A DNA stretch of 64,000 nucleotides, taken from assembly GCF_009914755.1 (NCBI RefSeq), contig NC_060930.1, one strand, 5' to 3'. The notes under the pieces were generated by a model, which worked only from the letters and a program-made list of their open reading frames with translations, was not told the origin of the DNA and made no database searches. The position numbers and the translations under genes are program-made. Below are positions 28,973 through 44,430 of this stretch, piece by piece (position 1 is the first letter of the stretch; every line of letters begins with the position of its first letter). The DNA is from the human T2T-CHM13v2.0 reference genome, Homo sapiens.

Positions 28973-31573
28973 TAATTTATTTTTTACTCTGGCTTTGATT
29001 TTGAGGCTTCTTAATTGAGGAAGCGGGATGTGCTTATGCTTGATTATGTTAATATAATGACAGAAAGGACATCCTGCAGTGGAATTAAGGGGAATCCCTG
29101 TTAGCTGAAAAGCCATTTTTTAAGGAAGATACAGGAAAGAACAGAGATAGGAGTTACATAGTAAAAGTGTTAAGTATTATGAACTAGTCACTGTCTTCAA
29201 CATACTTTCTTTAATTCTTGCAACCTTGTAACCTTTACAGATGAGAAAATAAGATTTCAAAAAATAGTTAACATTTTGTCATATAACCTTGATCAGTCAA
29301 CCCTCATATGTGCTTTTATATAACACAGTGAACTTTGGTGTCACTCCCTCAATTGCAAATAAATAGTTACTAGTCTGTAGGCTCCTTGAGAGCTTGCATG
29401 TCTGTTCACTTGCCTGTCATAAACCTTGTTCACTCACAGGGTGTAGTAGAAACTCAATTATTATTTATGTATTTATTAAATAAATAAATGAATACGTGAG
29501 TGAGTTGCTCAAGATTACAGGGGCACTGAAATAAGACTGGCATTTGAGTCTGTGTTCTTTCCCCCACTCTATTTTCTACCCTTGTCTGGTTTTTAGGGGT
29601 TATGGAGTGTGGGGAGAGGCCTTTTTGTGCGTTTGTTTTTGAGTAACCAGTTCTTTTCATTTTGTCTCTATTCTCCAGTGAGCAAATGGAAAATTCAGGG
29701 TTTGGAGCAAACTTTTAACGTTCTGATTATCAGTCAGCAAATATGAGTACTGGATAAGTGTTTAGCATTGTGGTAAGCCCCATGGAATTATAAATTATGT
29801 GCCTGTTTCCTTGCCGAGGTTCTCAAAGTTCATTTATGCCAACATAGCTCTTCCATACACACATAAATACGTATTCCTGAACATCGTCATAAACTAGGGT
29901 CATTATTCTACACAGTTGTGTTTTTGTCACTGCTTTTCAGTGATGTGTGCACGATTACATGAAGACAGCTGTGAATTAATATTTGGGGAGTACGAACACT
30001 GCAGCTATCCACGGTGCCGTTAGGTTGAATAGGACGTCGCAACCTACCAACTACAAATGATGGAACCTCCTGTTAGTCTTGTATCTTAACATTCCCAGGA
30101 TGAAACACCTTTTATAACGTAATGAGCTATGTGCTGTTGTTCTCTTACATTTTGGAAATCCTAATATATAACATTAGGCTGTGATCTTTTGCTCGATGAG
30201 GAAGTAAGGCAGACTGTATGTGGATCCTTCAGCATAATTCTTACTTTGCTTGTGGTTGTAGATTATGGGACTCTGGTTCAGTTCTTTAGTTTTGTGTTTT
30301 TCATTTTAATTTCACAGAAGGCAGGTAAAATACTCTCTTTCAGTGTTGCCTGACTGAGTTTTTAAAATAAATCTTGAATTTTTCAGGTATTTATTTTCCC
30401 TAACTAATGTAGAAAAATACACATGTGGAATGCACGAGAAAGCACCATATGGCTTAGGAGCTTAGTAATCATGTAATCAGTATATTTTATGTTACTTGCT
30501 ATTTTCAGTTTATAATCTAGGAATATTAAGAGACAATAATAAATGTCTTTTAAGTGCTTACTATATGCAAAACATTTTGGTAGATATTTTAGGGAAGTGG
30601 TTTCTTATATAGAAGGACAGTTTAGCATTTGTTTAATAAATGCATAATTACAGAAACCATGGATTCCATAGTTCCTTTTAAATGAGTTTGTAGTATGTTA
30701 ATTATGATAGTATGCATATATGTTGAGAAACTAGTATATTTGTATTTGACATGATTTCATTTGTAGAATTCAGAGCTACTTTGTTTATACATATGTGAGA
30801 CAAATACAGAAATTAATATTTTAAAAACTGATGAAAATATCATAAAAGATGTGCAAGTTCAAATCTGGGCAGGGCAGAAGAGAAATAGAAAGCTACTGGT
30901 TGTGTACCAAACTTTTCTTTTTAGATGCCTTGTGAATAATACAAAAAATTAAAAGGAGCAGTCTTTGCTTTCTAGAGCTTACCATTATGTACACTGGAAT
31001 ATTAAAGTATGATCTTAAGTATCATTTTAGAGCCATAAGATTTGATGGAAGCAAAGTGGGGCTTAGGGAGAATGAATTTGGATAGAGTAGGGTAGTGGAA
31101 AACAGTTAAGGAGTAGGTAGTATTTGAACTCATTCTTCAATTTCATTAAGTTTTTATAAATTCCCTTTACTATTCGTTGTCCATTTTGTGTACTGCTTGT
31201 GACATACTAATAGTCACGGTTTATCCCACTTTCCAGGAAACTGTACCGGTCGTCCTTTACGTATCATTTCTAATCCAAATGCTTCATGGAGGGCAGGGTT
31301 AGTGTTTTGATCAGCTGAGCTGTCTTCCAGTCTGAAACCCAAAGATTACAGTTGTGTCTTTATTAAGCTTTTTCTTAAAAAATGTATTTAAAAATAATTT
31401 TATTTTCATGTAATGGTTAATATATTTTATTAACTAAGTTGGTTAAAAAATAAATTATCTTAAGCTCTTTTTATTCTGAAAATACATTTCCAATTTTATT
31501 TTTCTAAATTATAACCGCTAGTCATGTCATTTTATTTGTTGTTCAGTCATCCCTTCCCAGTATTTCTGTTTAA

Positions 31574-31880
<307 letters not shown>

Positions 31881-31974
31881 TTCTGTTTATTTTCTACGAT
31901 CATCTATTCTAGATTCTAGCCTGTCCATACCATATTTACATTATGGTAATATTAATTTCAGAGCTCTTAAATGA

Positions 31975-32140
31975 CGGGTACTCGTCCATGTGCTATCCGA
32001 ACACTAACATTTAAAACTCATTGTAGCTCTGAGATGTAAGTACTATCTTTATGTCTCTTTTGTAGATGAGGAAACTGAAGCATAGATAAATTCAAGCATT
32101 TTGCCTAACACTAAACAGCTATTAAGTGGTTAGTAAGTGT
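31975..32140 (-). mobile_element. MIR
   Basis: ttttgtagatgaggaaactgaagcataga core. Confidence 0.7.
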
Positions 32141-32381
32141 GGTATCATAAATTCCTTAGAGTATCAGAAAATGAATATTAAACATTCGCATTTTAAAAAT
32201 CTTATTAACAATTGTTTTGTTTTGAATCTCTGGGATTTATACCTAAATAAAATTCCCTCTGAAGAATGGAGCATTTGCACAGTGAACCATGTGCTGCCAC
32301 TCTCAACATCAGTACATGAACCTGTTACTGACCTTTGCTTGAGACAGGCTATATCTGGATTTTTCAAAACATCTTGTTTCC

Positions 32382-32777
<396 letters not shown>

Positions 32778-35700
32778 ATCTTGTTTCTTTTTATTGTTTT
32801 CAATGAAATAATTGTAATCTTGATTATGTTGACTTTTAAGTATTGTATTTAGCCTTTCTTCTTAATAGGTAGTTGTCAGGTCGTCAAAGGCAGACGAGTG
32901 TCATCTGAAGTCGGTTTAACTGAGTACATTGAGTCAGGTTTCTGCCCATTAGTTTATCTCATTTTTAAATGAGAAATAGGTGATTATAATAATGCCTACC
33001 TCTAAGCTTATTAAAAGGATTAAGTTATTTTATGAATATCAAGTACTGAGTGTAAAGCCCTATATGTTTTTTGTTTGTTTGTTTTAGTTGATATTGACCA
33101 CACTAACTTTATTTTTGTATCTCATGCTGTGCTCTAAGGAGCACTTATTAGAAAGTCTGTGCTGAAAGATATGGAGATGAGTCTGATTCCATACTTCTTG
33201 AAACTTTTTAGGAATCATACATACCAGACTGATTATGTCAAAAGAAAAAATAGTAGAATGGGAGTATTCAGGGAACATCCTGTCTGGTAGGACCTGGAAG
33301 GGGTATATTTGATTGAAAGATGATTATTGAAACTGGGATTTTGATGATTTAGGAAGGAAAATGGGTATAAGGTAGAAATGTCTTTTATTTATGTATTTTC
33401 CCCTGGTATACTATCAGTAAATATTCAATTGAGTATTTTAAAACATCACATTCTAAAACAATTATTTCATTTTTCTGTGCCTTGAATTGTGTATCTTAGA
33501 TGATAGTGAGAATAACACCTAATGTACAAAATCTCACATATGAATTAGTGAAAGGATTCTTTTAATGCTGTGAGGAAATATTTTGTGCTTCAGTGGGCAG
33601 TAACGAATTTTATGTGGGTGCTTGTTAGCAACAGGAGCTCAGCCCAAAGTTTCCAGTTTAAAAGGATTTCCCAACAATCATTTATTTCTATCACCACTAT
33701 TTTTGTTAAATATTTGCCAGCTTTAAAGTTGTTGGGAAATAACAAATCACTTGATGATTTTTGTCTTTTTATGGGAAACTTTTTGTACATATTTAATTCA
33801 CTCTTCTCAGCCTTAACTATGTTTCATCAAGATCATATTCAGCTTTTCAACTGATCTTGTTCAGAATTGTTTCTGCATGCTAAAAGCAGCTCATATCTAG
33901 AGAAATCTCACTCATTTTGGTCATCGTGGGGCCAGAATAGTATTTTGGCTAGTACTGGGGTTATATAAATTTAGTTTAGACATAAAGTAATTAACAATTA
34001 AATTAGTGGAATTAATGTATGAAAATTGGAAGACATACCTGGCAGTCAATAAGTACTGTGTCTGTAGGAGATAGATGTTACAGTCCTGTTGTTTTTAACT
34101 TGGAAATTATTTGGCAAAAAACAATAAAAGTTATTTGAATTTAGGAACTTGTTCCTTTGTGCCTAATTTAATAAGTATTTGTTGAATGCCTGCTGAATGA
34201 CTTCCTAGATGATGATTTCAACGGACTGAATATAAAATTATCCTAGTCTTCATACTTTATTAGAAAATAATTTGCTTTGAAAGTGTAGTTTTTGTTGGAC
34301 TCACATTCAAGTTTTTAAAAGTTTTTTGAGGGCTGCTTTTATAACTGAGTCAGTGAGGAATTAAATTGTGTGAAATCTACTTTATGCCCAGTTTCTCAAT
34401 GAACATTTCTTAAACTAATCTAAGATTATATGCACAACTGGAGATGGTAATATGTCTAAGCTTTAATATTTGTCTTAAAATGTATATATTCACAATACGC
34501 CTGTTATTGGAACCTTGGTTTTTGTCAGCATGTAACACTTTTGAATTCTGTTTGGAGGGGTTTTGGCGTATGAACTTTCACATTAAGAGCACAGTAGGAG
34601 CAGAAGTCTTGTGCTCATTTGCTTGACTACAAATGCATAATTAAAAGAGTCTGTCAGCAGGGGTGGGACAATCAGTATACTCTAATGCTTCATGTTATAG
34701 AATCCCTTTGTTGTTCAAACAGATATTGTAATTAGAGCATACTTTTAAACTTCATAGGGCAGCGATTCATAAAGTTTTTCAAAAATCCAAAACAAATACT
34801 TTGTTTCTCAAATGTTGAGATTATTTTTTTACTTTGTAGTTTTACATCACTGTATACAGTGGTTTCAAAAATGAAATGGAAGTTGTTTTATTGAAAAGTG
34901 GTAAAATTTAGTTATAAACAATGGTGTTAATTAGTCCTAGCTTAGTAATAATGTTGGAAATACGCATTGTATATTAAGATCTAATTTTAGTTTTAACAAC
35001 CTCACCTATTCGAAAGTTTAAAGACTAGAGGAATTTTATGTAAGTGAAATAGCTACAGATTTATCCTTTTTGTATATATGTATCATTGTAATTTGATAGG
35101 TGAGTCTCTCATTTAGGGAGAAAGCATTTTTCTCCCTAGGTGCAAGAGATCTGTTATACCAGATGTTTTTCTCCCAGTTCTTGACATTATTCTGGATGTG
35201 ACTTACTCAGAAATTCATTTATGGAGAAAGAATACTTGACATGAAGTTAGGAGATAGGACAAATATAGAAAGACAAAACCAAATCTACTAAATAATCTCA
35301 TCTACCCCTTTATCTGCCTTCAAAGTCCCCGCCAGCTCTAAATTCTGTGAGGACAAGATGTGCTTAGAATTCTACACAAAAATATTTAAAGGTAAAAAGG
35401 TAAAGTAAAAAATTCTAGAGATTCCACTATTCTGTGTTCCGTTTCTGGTTTTTCACTATTTTATGATGCTGTTTTAGGTCAATTTCTCATGTAGGTGATA
35501 TGTTGTGCTAGGAATTAGTTGTTGAGGGTGCATGCTGTAAAGTTGCTCTGGCTAGGTATGGTAGCTTGGTGGTACAACACTTACTGCCTGACTTGACTAA
35601 ATCATGTTAAATGTTGGTAAGACTGATAGTCCCAGGTTCATGTAACTTATGAGGATTGAATGAGGTGATGTATTTATATTGCTTAGCATTGTCCTTGGCA

Positions 35701-36459
35701 AGCAGTGTTTGATAAAAGCTTAGTTGCCATCATCATTTTCATTTTTAAGTTTGCTTATCATCACCTAAGTCTAATTTATCTCACCATAGTATACTTGTCA
35801 AGAATACAGACCATGATAATCATTAATAATTGTGACTATCTGCTCTGCCATCAAGTGTGAATGAATTATAAAGTTGCTTAGCAAGCTACTATATTTGAAT
35901 TTGCTGTATAAATAGAGCTATTTTCCATTTCCATGGAACCTCTGTTGTTATTGCACCCTACCTTAAAAGATGGAAGGTTAGTGGTTTTGAGCTCTGAACA
36001 TATTTATACATATAGTATTTATATGTAATTTGCCTGTGCTGTCACTTTGCTGTTATATTGAGATAGAACTTTAGTCTTGCAGTTTTAAAAAATACTTTTG
36101 ACCCATCTTGTCTCCTGTTCTTCTGATACATCAAAACAAGGTAGCATTGAGGTTTTAGAGTAAAAGATAAGCAGACTGATGGGTTGTGAAAACCAGACCT
36201 CATAAGAGTTATTGTAGAAAATCTGGGAGAATTGACTAGAAGTAAGAGAACAAGAAATGGAGTAAAAATTGTCATGTACACCTGGTAACTAAGGAGAAAG
36301 AAAGAAGCCGTCCCAGAAACCAAGATACAGGAGCAAAGGTGAATATATGAGGGATTAACTAAACAGGCACAGTAATCATTAGTACAGCAGAGCACTGTGG
36401 GAAAGCTGCAGCATATTCATGCACAGTTTGATATTTGATTTGAATGATGCTCTTCAATC

Positions 36460-37150
36460 ATAAAAGTTCAATTATTCAATTCAGTAAATACTTGTTTAGA
36501 GCCAGATATGTGTAAAATCAATGTGTACATACTGTCAAGAGTATGAAAATCAGTGAGATGATTCTGATATTCAACTTGGAGCAAACTTTCTAATAGCTAG
36601 AAAAAGACAATGCACAGATAACTAAGTTACTATATAATACAGAAAAAAAAGAAATAAAAGTAAATATTAAAGAAAGGGAAAGGAGGCATTCTAGACATAG
36701 GCGATAGATAGCTTCCATAAACTTATGGGTGTCAAAATCCATGTTTGGGGAATGGCCAGTAATACAGCATGGAGTAAATCTGAGCCTATCGTGGGAAGTG
36801 AATGAACACGGCACTTCAGATTAGTGTGGATAGATGTGAATGGGTGCATGTGCAGCAGCCAGTCTCTGTCAAAGCACAAGTAAGCCATGACTGTGTTTCA
36901 GAGATTTCCTACAAAGCCTCAAATTCTAAAAATCCACGCTGATTCAGAAAATTCATTCAGGATGAGTAATAGCTGAGACATTAATTGTGGACAGATTTGC
37001 AGCAGGGAGGTATGAACCCCAGTTTGGACATGTGGAGTTCAGACTGCTTTAGAGATTGAAGTATACATTTCTAGTTGGCAGTTGAATTTGGAGGTCTAGA
37101 AATCAGGGGGCAGTACTGTGCTGGAAAATGTAAATTTGGGATTATATTGA
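36460..37150 (-). mobile_element. L2 fragment
   Basis: attcaattcagtaaatacttg; cagtttggacatgtggagttc. Confidence 0.55.
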
Positions 37151-38009
37151 TGCAAAACTGTGTTCTTCTATGTTGCTGAAGATTTAGTAGCACATATATT
37201 ATGAAATGATATTGCAAATGGTAACTGTAAAACAGACATTATAGTAGTCATGAGCTATTTTTTTCCACATCAGTATCTCAGCTATTAACCCCTGAAAGAT
37301 TGTTTGAAACATAATTGTAAAAAGAAACGAATGCCTCGTAGAACACAGTTTCTAATAAATACAGCATTTTTGGTGTGCGTCCATATCATCATCCCTCCTG
37401 TCTGCTTATTTCAACCTTTTCTTTGTCCTGATGTATTTAAGTGAGAAAATGGGTTTTGTGAGTGGATTCTTACTATGGATATTTTAAGTTCAGAAGTAAC
37501 CATCCTATAATTGCATCTATCCTTAATGACTAAAAGAGGACCTTTTGGGGTGTGTTTTATTGATTTCTCTATAAAATTTGCCAATCCCAGATTGCCTTTA
37601 TAATCTGCTTAAGAAACAGAATGAGATCACAGGGAGAAATAGTATTTGTATTAAATAATTACTAAGCTGCAAACTCACTGAAGGAATTTAACTCTTCTTG
37701 AGCTGGAATGGACTACAGTAGAATGAATATGGCTTCATGGCTTCTGCGTAGCATGACCTCAAAGCCTTTTTTTGTGTGACATTTGATATGCACATGGATG
37801 AAAGATTTTCTGAGGCCTGATGTGGAAAACGGGTTGGTCGGTCTCTCTCTTCACACTGCACCCCCTCCAAAACACTAAAAGAGGTGCTTTTAGTGTTTAC
37901 TTTCAATTGCTACATTGTTTGATTTTGAAGTGTCCGCTTCATTTATTCCTTGTGGTGAAAACTCAGTGGGTCCTTTTCATCTGGAACCTCAGATCCCTCA
38001 GTTTTGCGA

Positions 38010-40165
38010 AAAATATATAACATTGATGATTTTTCTCCCTCTGCTTTCTTTTTCTTTATATTGGTAGTTGGACATCGTCATTTCAGTTTCTGAACCTCTT
38101 GGACTAGTCCTCTAATATTATACAGTTCTGCACCATTTTTTTTTATCTCTGTCTTTTGCTACTTGGAGAGTTCCTCAGTTTGTCTTCCAACCTTCTATCA
38201 AATTTTTCATCTTTGCTCTCATGTTTTTAGTTGCAGGAGTTTCTATTTGTATTCAAAATTTTTAAATAGAGCATTCTTGTTTCAGCATTGTAGCGTCTTT
38301 TATTAACTCTCTGAAGGGTCAGTTGTTCAAGTCTCCTGTCCCCAAGATGTGGGCCTGGGTTCCCTTGCTCTGCATTTGGAGCAGGGGAGATGGCCGGCCA
38401 GCCCAGCTGTCAGAGTGGAAGTTACCCTGTCAACTGTTCTCCTAATGCAGTTTGAGCAAGTGTTTTACTTCCTTTCAGAATCAGTTTCTGGTCTACTGCT
38501 GGGAATTAGGGAGTGCTTGATAGCTAGCCATTTGTGGACAGGGGATATGGGAATTGAACTGCTTTTTAATGAGAGTTCATCTAGTCCTGCAATCTCAGCC
38601 CCACCCTCACCCCTGTTTTCACTGCTGCCCATTTCCTCAGTATTTTTGGGGTGGATTGCAAGGAAATAAGTTTCTTTCTTAACTAGAGTCAGGTAAATTT
38701 TAAGTTAACCATCTGCTTTCTAGATTCTTAATTTTTAAATGGTTTCCTTTCCCATTTTCTTACTTCTTACGAGTTTGGACATTTTATTTATTTATTTATA
38801 ATAGACACAGGGTCTGACTGTTCCCCAGGCTGGCCTTGAACTCCTGGGCTCAAGCAGTCTTCCTGCCTCGGCCCCCCCAAAGTGCTGGGATTACAGGCAT
38901 GAGCCACTGTGCCCGGCTGAGTTTGTACATTTTAAACTCTGCAGTGTTGTAGAAGAATTTTTGGTGGGAGTGTAAGTACACCATTCCATTAATTTCTCCA
39001 TCTTTGAAAATTTTTGCTCCTTCAATTGTTTTTAAAAGTGTAAGCAAAAATGTTGATTTTGAAGCAAACAGGGTAGATGTAGCTTTCTCCTATTTTTATA
39101 TTTTTAACTATCATTTAAGTTGTTGAATTAGTAAGAGTACGCATTGGCCAAGTGTTTTACACCTTAAAAATGTATTCTTGCAATAAAGCAAAATGGCAAA
39201 TAATACTGCAACTTTGTTTCTATCATGAAAATAATTATTCCTTTTAAATTCTCTGGCTTTTCTCCATGTATAGAGGTTTCTGTGGCAAGTCAAATTTTAG
39301 TTTTTATTCTTAAGCTTTTCTCAAAAATATTTGATTATAAATGTTCCTCAGTTTTCATTGTATTAGTATCTATATGCATTAGTGTTTGACACACACACAT
39401 AGAGCTTTTAATGTCTTTGTCTATTTATAATAACATCTGTATCACTTCTAGATTGGTTTGAGTGAATTGATTGGGGGGGAGGTGGTCTCATGTATTGCAT
39501 TTTTCTTGCTGCTTTACATGCCCGTTAATTTCTAATTGTATGCCAGACTTTTACCTTGTTGGGTGGATATTTTTATATTCCTATAAATATCTTTGAGCTT
39601 TGTCCTGGGACACAGTTAAGTTAGTTGGAAATAATTTAAGGCATTTGGTCTTACTTTTAAAATGTATTTAGTTGTACTGGAACAATGCTTAGATTAGGTT
39701 TAGTTTTTTCCTACCACTGAGGCAAGACCTTTCTGTGTCCCTTACCCGTGGGGAATCCTTCAAGTCTTTCAGTCTTGTTCTTTTCTAGAGCCAGGCACTT
39801 TGACCTGGAATCCTTTTGGGTGGTTCCTTCCCTGGCCTCTGGAATTTTCTCTCAAGTATGCAACGATCAGGGTTCAGCTGAATATTTGAGTGGCAGCTCT
39901 CCCAGGACTCTCTGAGCTTTGGCTGCCTCGGTTTCCCTGGACTCTTGCTTAGTCTCCTCATGGAGTTGTCTGGAGACTCTCAAGCCAGTGAGTGGGGGCA
40001 GTTATAGGCTCACCTCAGTTGTTCCCAACTCTGTGTCATTTGTCCTTAGTTGTCTGATGTCCAGTGGCTTGAAACTTGTTGATACGTTTTGCCAGTTTTT
40101 TGGTTGTTTCAGCAGGAAGGTGAATCTGGTTCCTGTTACTATATCTTGCCTGGAAGCAGAAGTCC
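38010..40165 (-). mobile_element. Old L1M 5'/ORF1-region fragments, antisense
   Basis: Ends aatctggttcctgttactatatcttgcctggaagcagaagt, typical of reverse-strand L1M 5' ends; boundaries approximate. Confidence 0.5.
38782..38918 (-). mobile_element. FLAM_C
   Basis: Left monomer only; TSD gagtttg(g/t)acatttta. Confidence 0.9.
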
Positions 40166-40519
40166 CTCATATATATGCGTTTAGTCAAATAGGTGCACTT
40201 TTAGGCCCACCAAATAATACCAGACTAGTAGCTTTTGTAGGTCTCTCTCCAAAAAAAAAAAGATAAATAAAAAATACAAATTTTGGTGAGAAAATACTGT
40301 TAGCATTCTTGAACATAACAATTGAAATCTGGATAACAAAACTAATTTTTCTTGCCACAGTTAGAGATATTAATACATATTTTATTTCTTGCCATACAGA
40401 TAACCCTGAGGTTTCCAGTTTCTTGATTCATTGACTCCTTGGTTTCCCACTTAGTTTGCATGGTGTACCCTAGTCAAAAAGAAATATTTCAGAGTTCTGT
40501 TTATTAAATATTTACTCTA

Positions 40520-40760
40520 CAAACAACTTTGAAACAGACTATACATTTTATTTGTAAATAACCACATTTTTACTAATAGCATTTGTATTTTCTTGGGTGC
40601 TGTTCAAATTCTCAAACTTTGGAATCAGATTTTTGTACTGCCACCCTCTTTTTTTGTTCCACATTGATTTTTGTATGTTCTTGATTTTTATTACAGCAAC
40701 CGCTAACAACCTAGCTTTGTAAAGATATGACATCATCAAAAAGAATGTAATGTGACCTTA
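40520..40760 (-). mobile_element. hAT-Charlie transposase C-terminal remnant
   Basis: Minus frame YLYKARLLAVAVIK...NLIPKFENL resembles the hAT dimerization-domain end of Charlie elements. Confidence 0.6.
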
Positions 40761-42094
40761 TGTTGAAACAGTCAGATATTCTGAGCTGGTGGTTCACACA
40801 GTGTCGGACAGATGGTACCCCTGTAAAATGCTGTGCTGACTCAGAGTTCACTCTTTGGAAATACATAGATGGCCCAGCATAGGATTGTGTCTGATTTTTT
40901 TTTTCCCTGTATCCCCTTACAATATGTGGATGCATTTTCATCCTAAAGATGTGTTGATTAAAAATAAAGCAGAAGCATTTACTGTTAAAATTTATTTTTA
41001 GCCTTATTGGCTAAGCTCAATCATGTGAATTGTTGCAGAAAGCAGTTTTATTATGCCTGCTTTATTTTCTTTTACTGGAATCTAACAATTAGGTAAATAG
41101 TAACTTCTAAAATAAAGGTCCAAAAACAGCAGATATTTATTGTTTGTCTGTGGTACCTTGCTGTGTGCCAGGTGCATTTATATTTACCATTTATATACTA
41201 CTTATATATTCTTATTTTATTTAAAAACACTTTCTCTAAAACTTAAAACAGCGATTCTGAAATTATGCCAACTCTACTTAACCTCCCTGTAGCTTAACCA
41301 GGTTTTCAACATGGGGATATTTCTTACTAGAAGACATTAAGGAAATGAAATATAGATATTCTCTATGAAACTAGTATTTATGACTTGATATAATTAAAGA
41401 GTAGCCTTACAGTTAATTTTAAGGTATGGTCTGATGGGAATGTAGATAAAACTATTTTCATAATTACCGCATGAAATACTTAAAACAAGTGGTAGTCATC
41501 TTACACAATAACATCTATATGCAAAATACCTTTTCTAATGCTGAATACAACCAATGTCATTAAAAGCAGTTGTAATGAAGTGGAAAGATCACTGAATTAG
41601 AGAATGAAAACTTTGATTCAGTTCCTAAATTGACAGCCTGTTAGCTGTGTGACATTGAGAGGTGACCCCCTTAACCTTGATGACCTTCTGTTTACTTGTA
41701 AGTAAAATGCAGAAATAATGACATGTTTCTCAAAGTGTTTTTCATGGTAATGTAAGGACAGTATCAGATGTATGTTGTATGATACTACATACATGATGAT
41801 GATGTATGCTTCTAGTGCATAGGAGCACGCTTGGGGCTGATCTTTAGCATCTGGTTCTGTGCCTGGTAGATAGTAAGTGCTCAGTAAATACTTGTTGGAT
41901 TAATTATCATTTGACCCAGTAGTCTCACATTCAATCAAACTTTGAGGACCCAGAAAAATAATTCAAAGACTTGTGCCATCATAGCAAAATAATGCAAACA
42001 TAGCTGAAATAATTGACAACAGGTTAGTATTATGAAAGATGTGCTCTCTCTTTAAAGAGAATAATTTTAATCATGTACTCTGTAAATTTTTTAG

Positions 42095-42238
42095 GAGGAG
42101 CAAAATAGAGGCAAGCCCAATTGGGAGCATCTAAATGAAGATTTACATGTACTAATCACTGTGGAAGATGCTCAGAACAGAGCAGAAATCAAATTGAAGA
42201 GAGCAGTTGAAGAAGTGAAGAAATTATTGGTACCTGCA
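42095..42238 (+). CDS. QKI: QKI internal coding exon (exon 4, aa E135-A182, C-terminal half of KH domain), 144 nt, phase 0/0
   Basis: Acceptor tgtaaattttttag| ends at 42094 and donor |gtaagt starts at 42239. Translation [48 protein letters not shown] matches the QKI protein as I recall it; exon number is from recalled gene structure. Confidence 0.98.
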
Positions 42239-42760
42239 GTAAGTAATAATTTCCAGACCTTAGATTTGGGCCTCGTCCTTTTTTGTCAGTTTATTTTAAA
42301 TTATCGTAATGTTTATAAGGAATAGGTTATTGGTTGTTAGAAATTTTATTTAAGCATAAAATTAAAAACACCTGACTGATACTTCTAACATAATAAAAAC
42401 ATAAAGTTCATATTTAGGGGTCCTTAGATAGACATTAAAAGGGGTTTTGGAGGGTGACGTCGCGTAAGAAATTATCCAGATGCTTTTGTGTTATCAGTTC
42501 TCCTTCCTTCCCGGTTTCTCTTTCCCCATCTCTTCCCCCATCTCTTCCCTCTGCCCCCCTTCCTTGGGTTGGCTCCTTATTGTTTCTTAACCCTTTAATA
42601 TTTTTAGAAATAATAATTGTACTACTCCCAGAGTATAATTTTTTTTTTTTAACGGGAAATGAAAAATAAATTACTGGTTTTCTGGGCCATTAATTTTTTT
42701 TTCTTATATTAGTAAAACTATATGGAAATGTGGACCCTAATTTGCTATTGGAAAAACTAG

Positions 42761-43105
<345 letters not shown>

Positions 43106-43464
43106 TTACATAAATGAGTTATGGTTCCTGCTGCTTTTTATTTCCCAGATAGCCTATTCTTTATTACCCTGATAGTTTATTCAACAAGTAAACTCACAAA
43201 TCATAAACATTTCCCATTAACTTGATGAAATTAATTCCTTGGAATAAAAGAGTTTTATGTAAATTCTGTTGGTAGATTTTATTTTTTTTAATGATCAGGT
43301 TAAATATAAACTAAAATCTATATTTGTGTACTATTAAACCATGGAATCTTTCTCATTTTCCTTAATTGTGTGGTATTGAAAAACTGTATAGAAAAGGAGA
43401 TTTTCGAAAGTATACTGGGCAATTAGTGTCATGATCAGAAAAAGTTATTTAACATCGACTTTTA

Positions 43465-43683
43465 CTGCTTTAATAACATTTTCTTTTCTGTAGCTTACTT
43501 TATTGTAAGAATACGGTATATAACATATAAAACATACAAAATATATGTTGATCAACTGTCAGGCTTCCAGACGACAGTGGGCTATTCGTCACATTTTGGG
43601 AGAGTTGAAAGTTACACAAGGATCTTTGATGCAGTCTGTGTCCCTGACAACCGAGCCCTCCCTTGTTGTTTGAGGATCAACTG
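43465..43683 (+). mobile_element. Tigger2-family 3' fragment
   Basis: agcttactttattgtaagaatacggtata ... ttgtttgaggatcaactg TIR; reverse complement of part of 59023-59230. Confidence 0.8.
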
Positions 43684-43949
43684 GATATTGTTAGCGTCTT
43701 TTAAATTTTCTATTTACCCAGTCACCTGTAATCTCTTGTCTTGCTTACCATTTTTATTTCTAGTGTTTAGCATAGAGCCCAGCACATAGCAATAACATAG
43801 TAAATTGAAAAATATTGATTGAATCTTGTCATAAGGTAAAATCAGTTCCTTCATCTTCACTATAGAAATGCATAAAATAACTGAATTTTCCTGAAGCATC
43901 AAATGATTTGGGTTTTTACTTAAATAAATGTGGGAGACAGAATACATCA

Positions 43950-44430
<481 letters not shown>

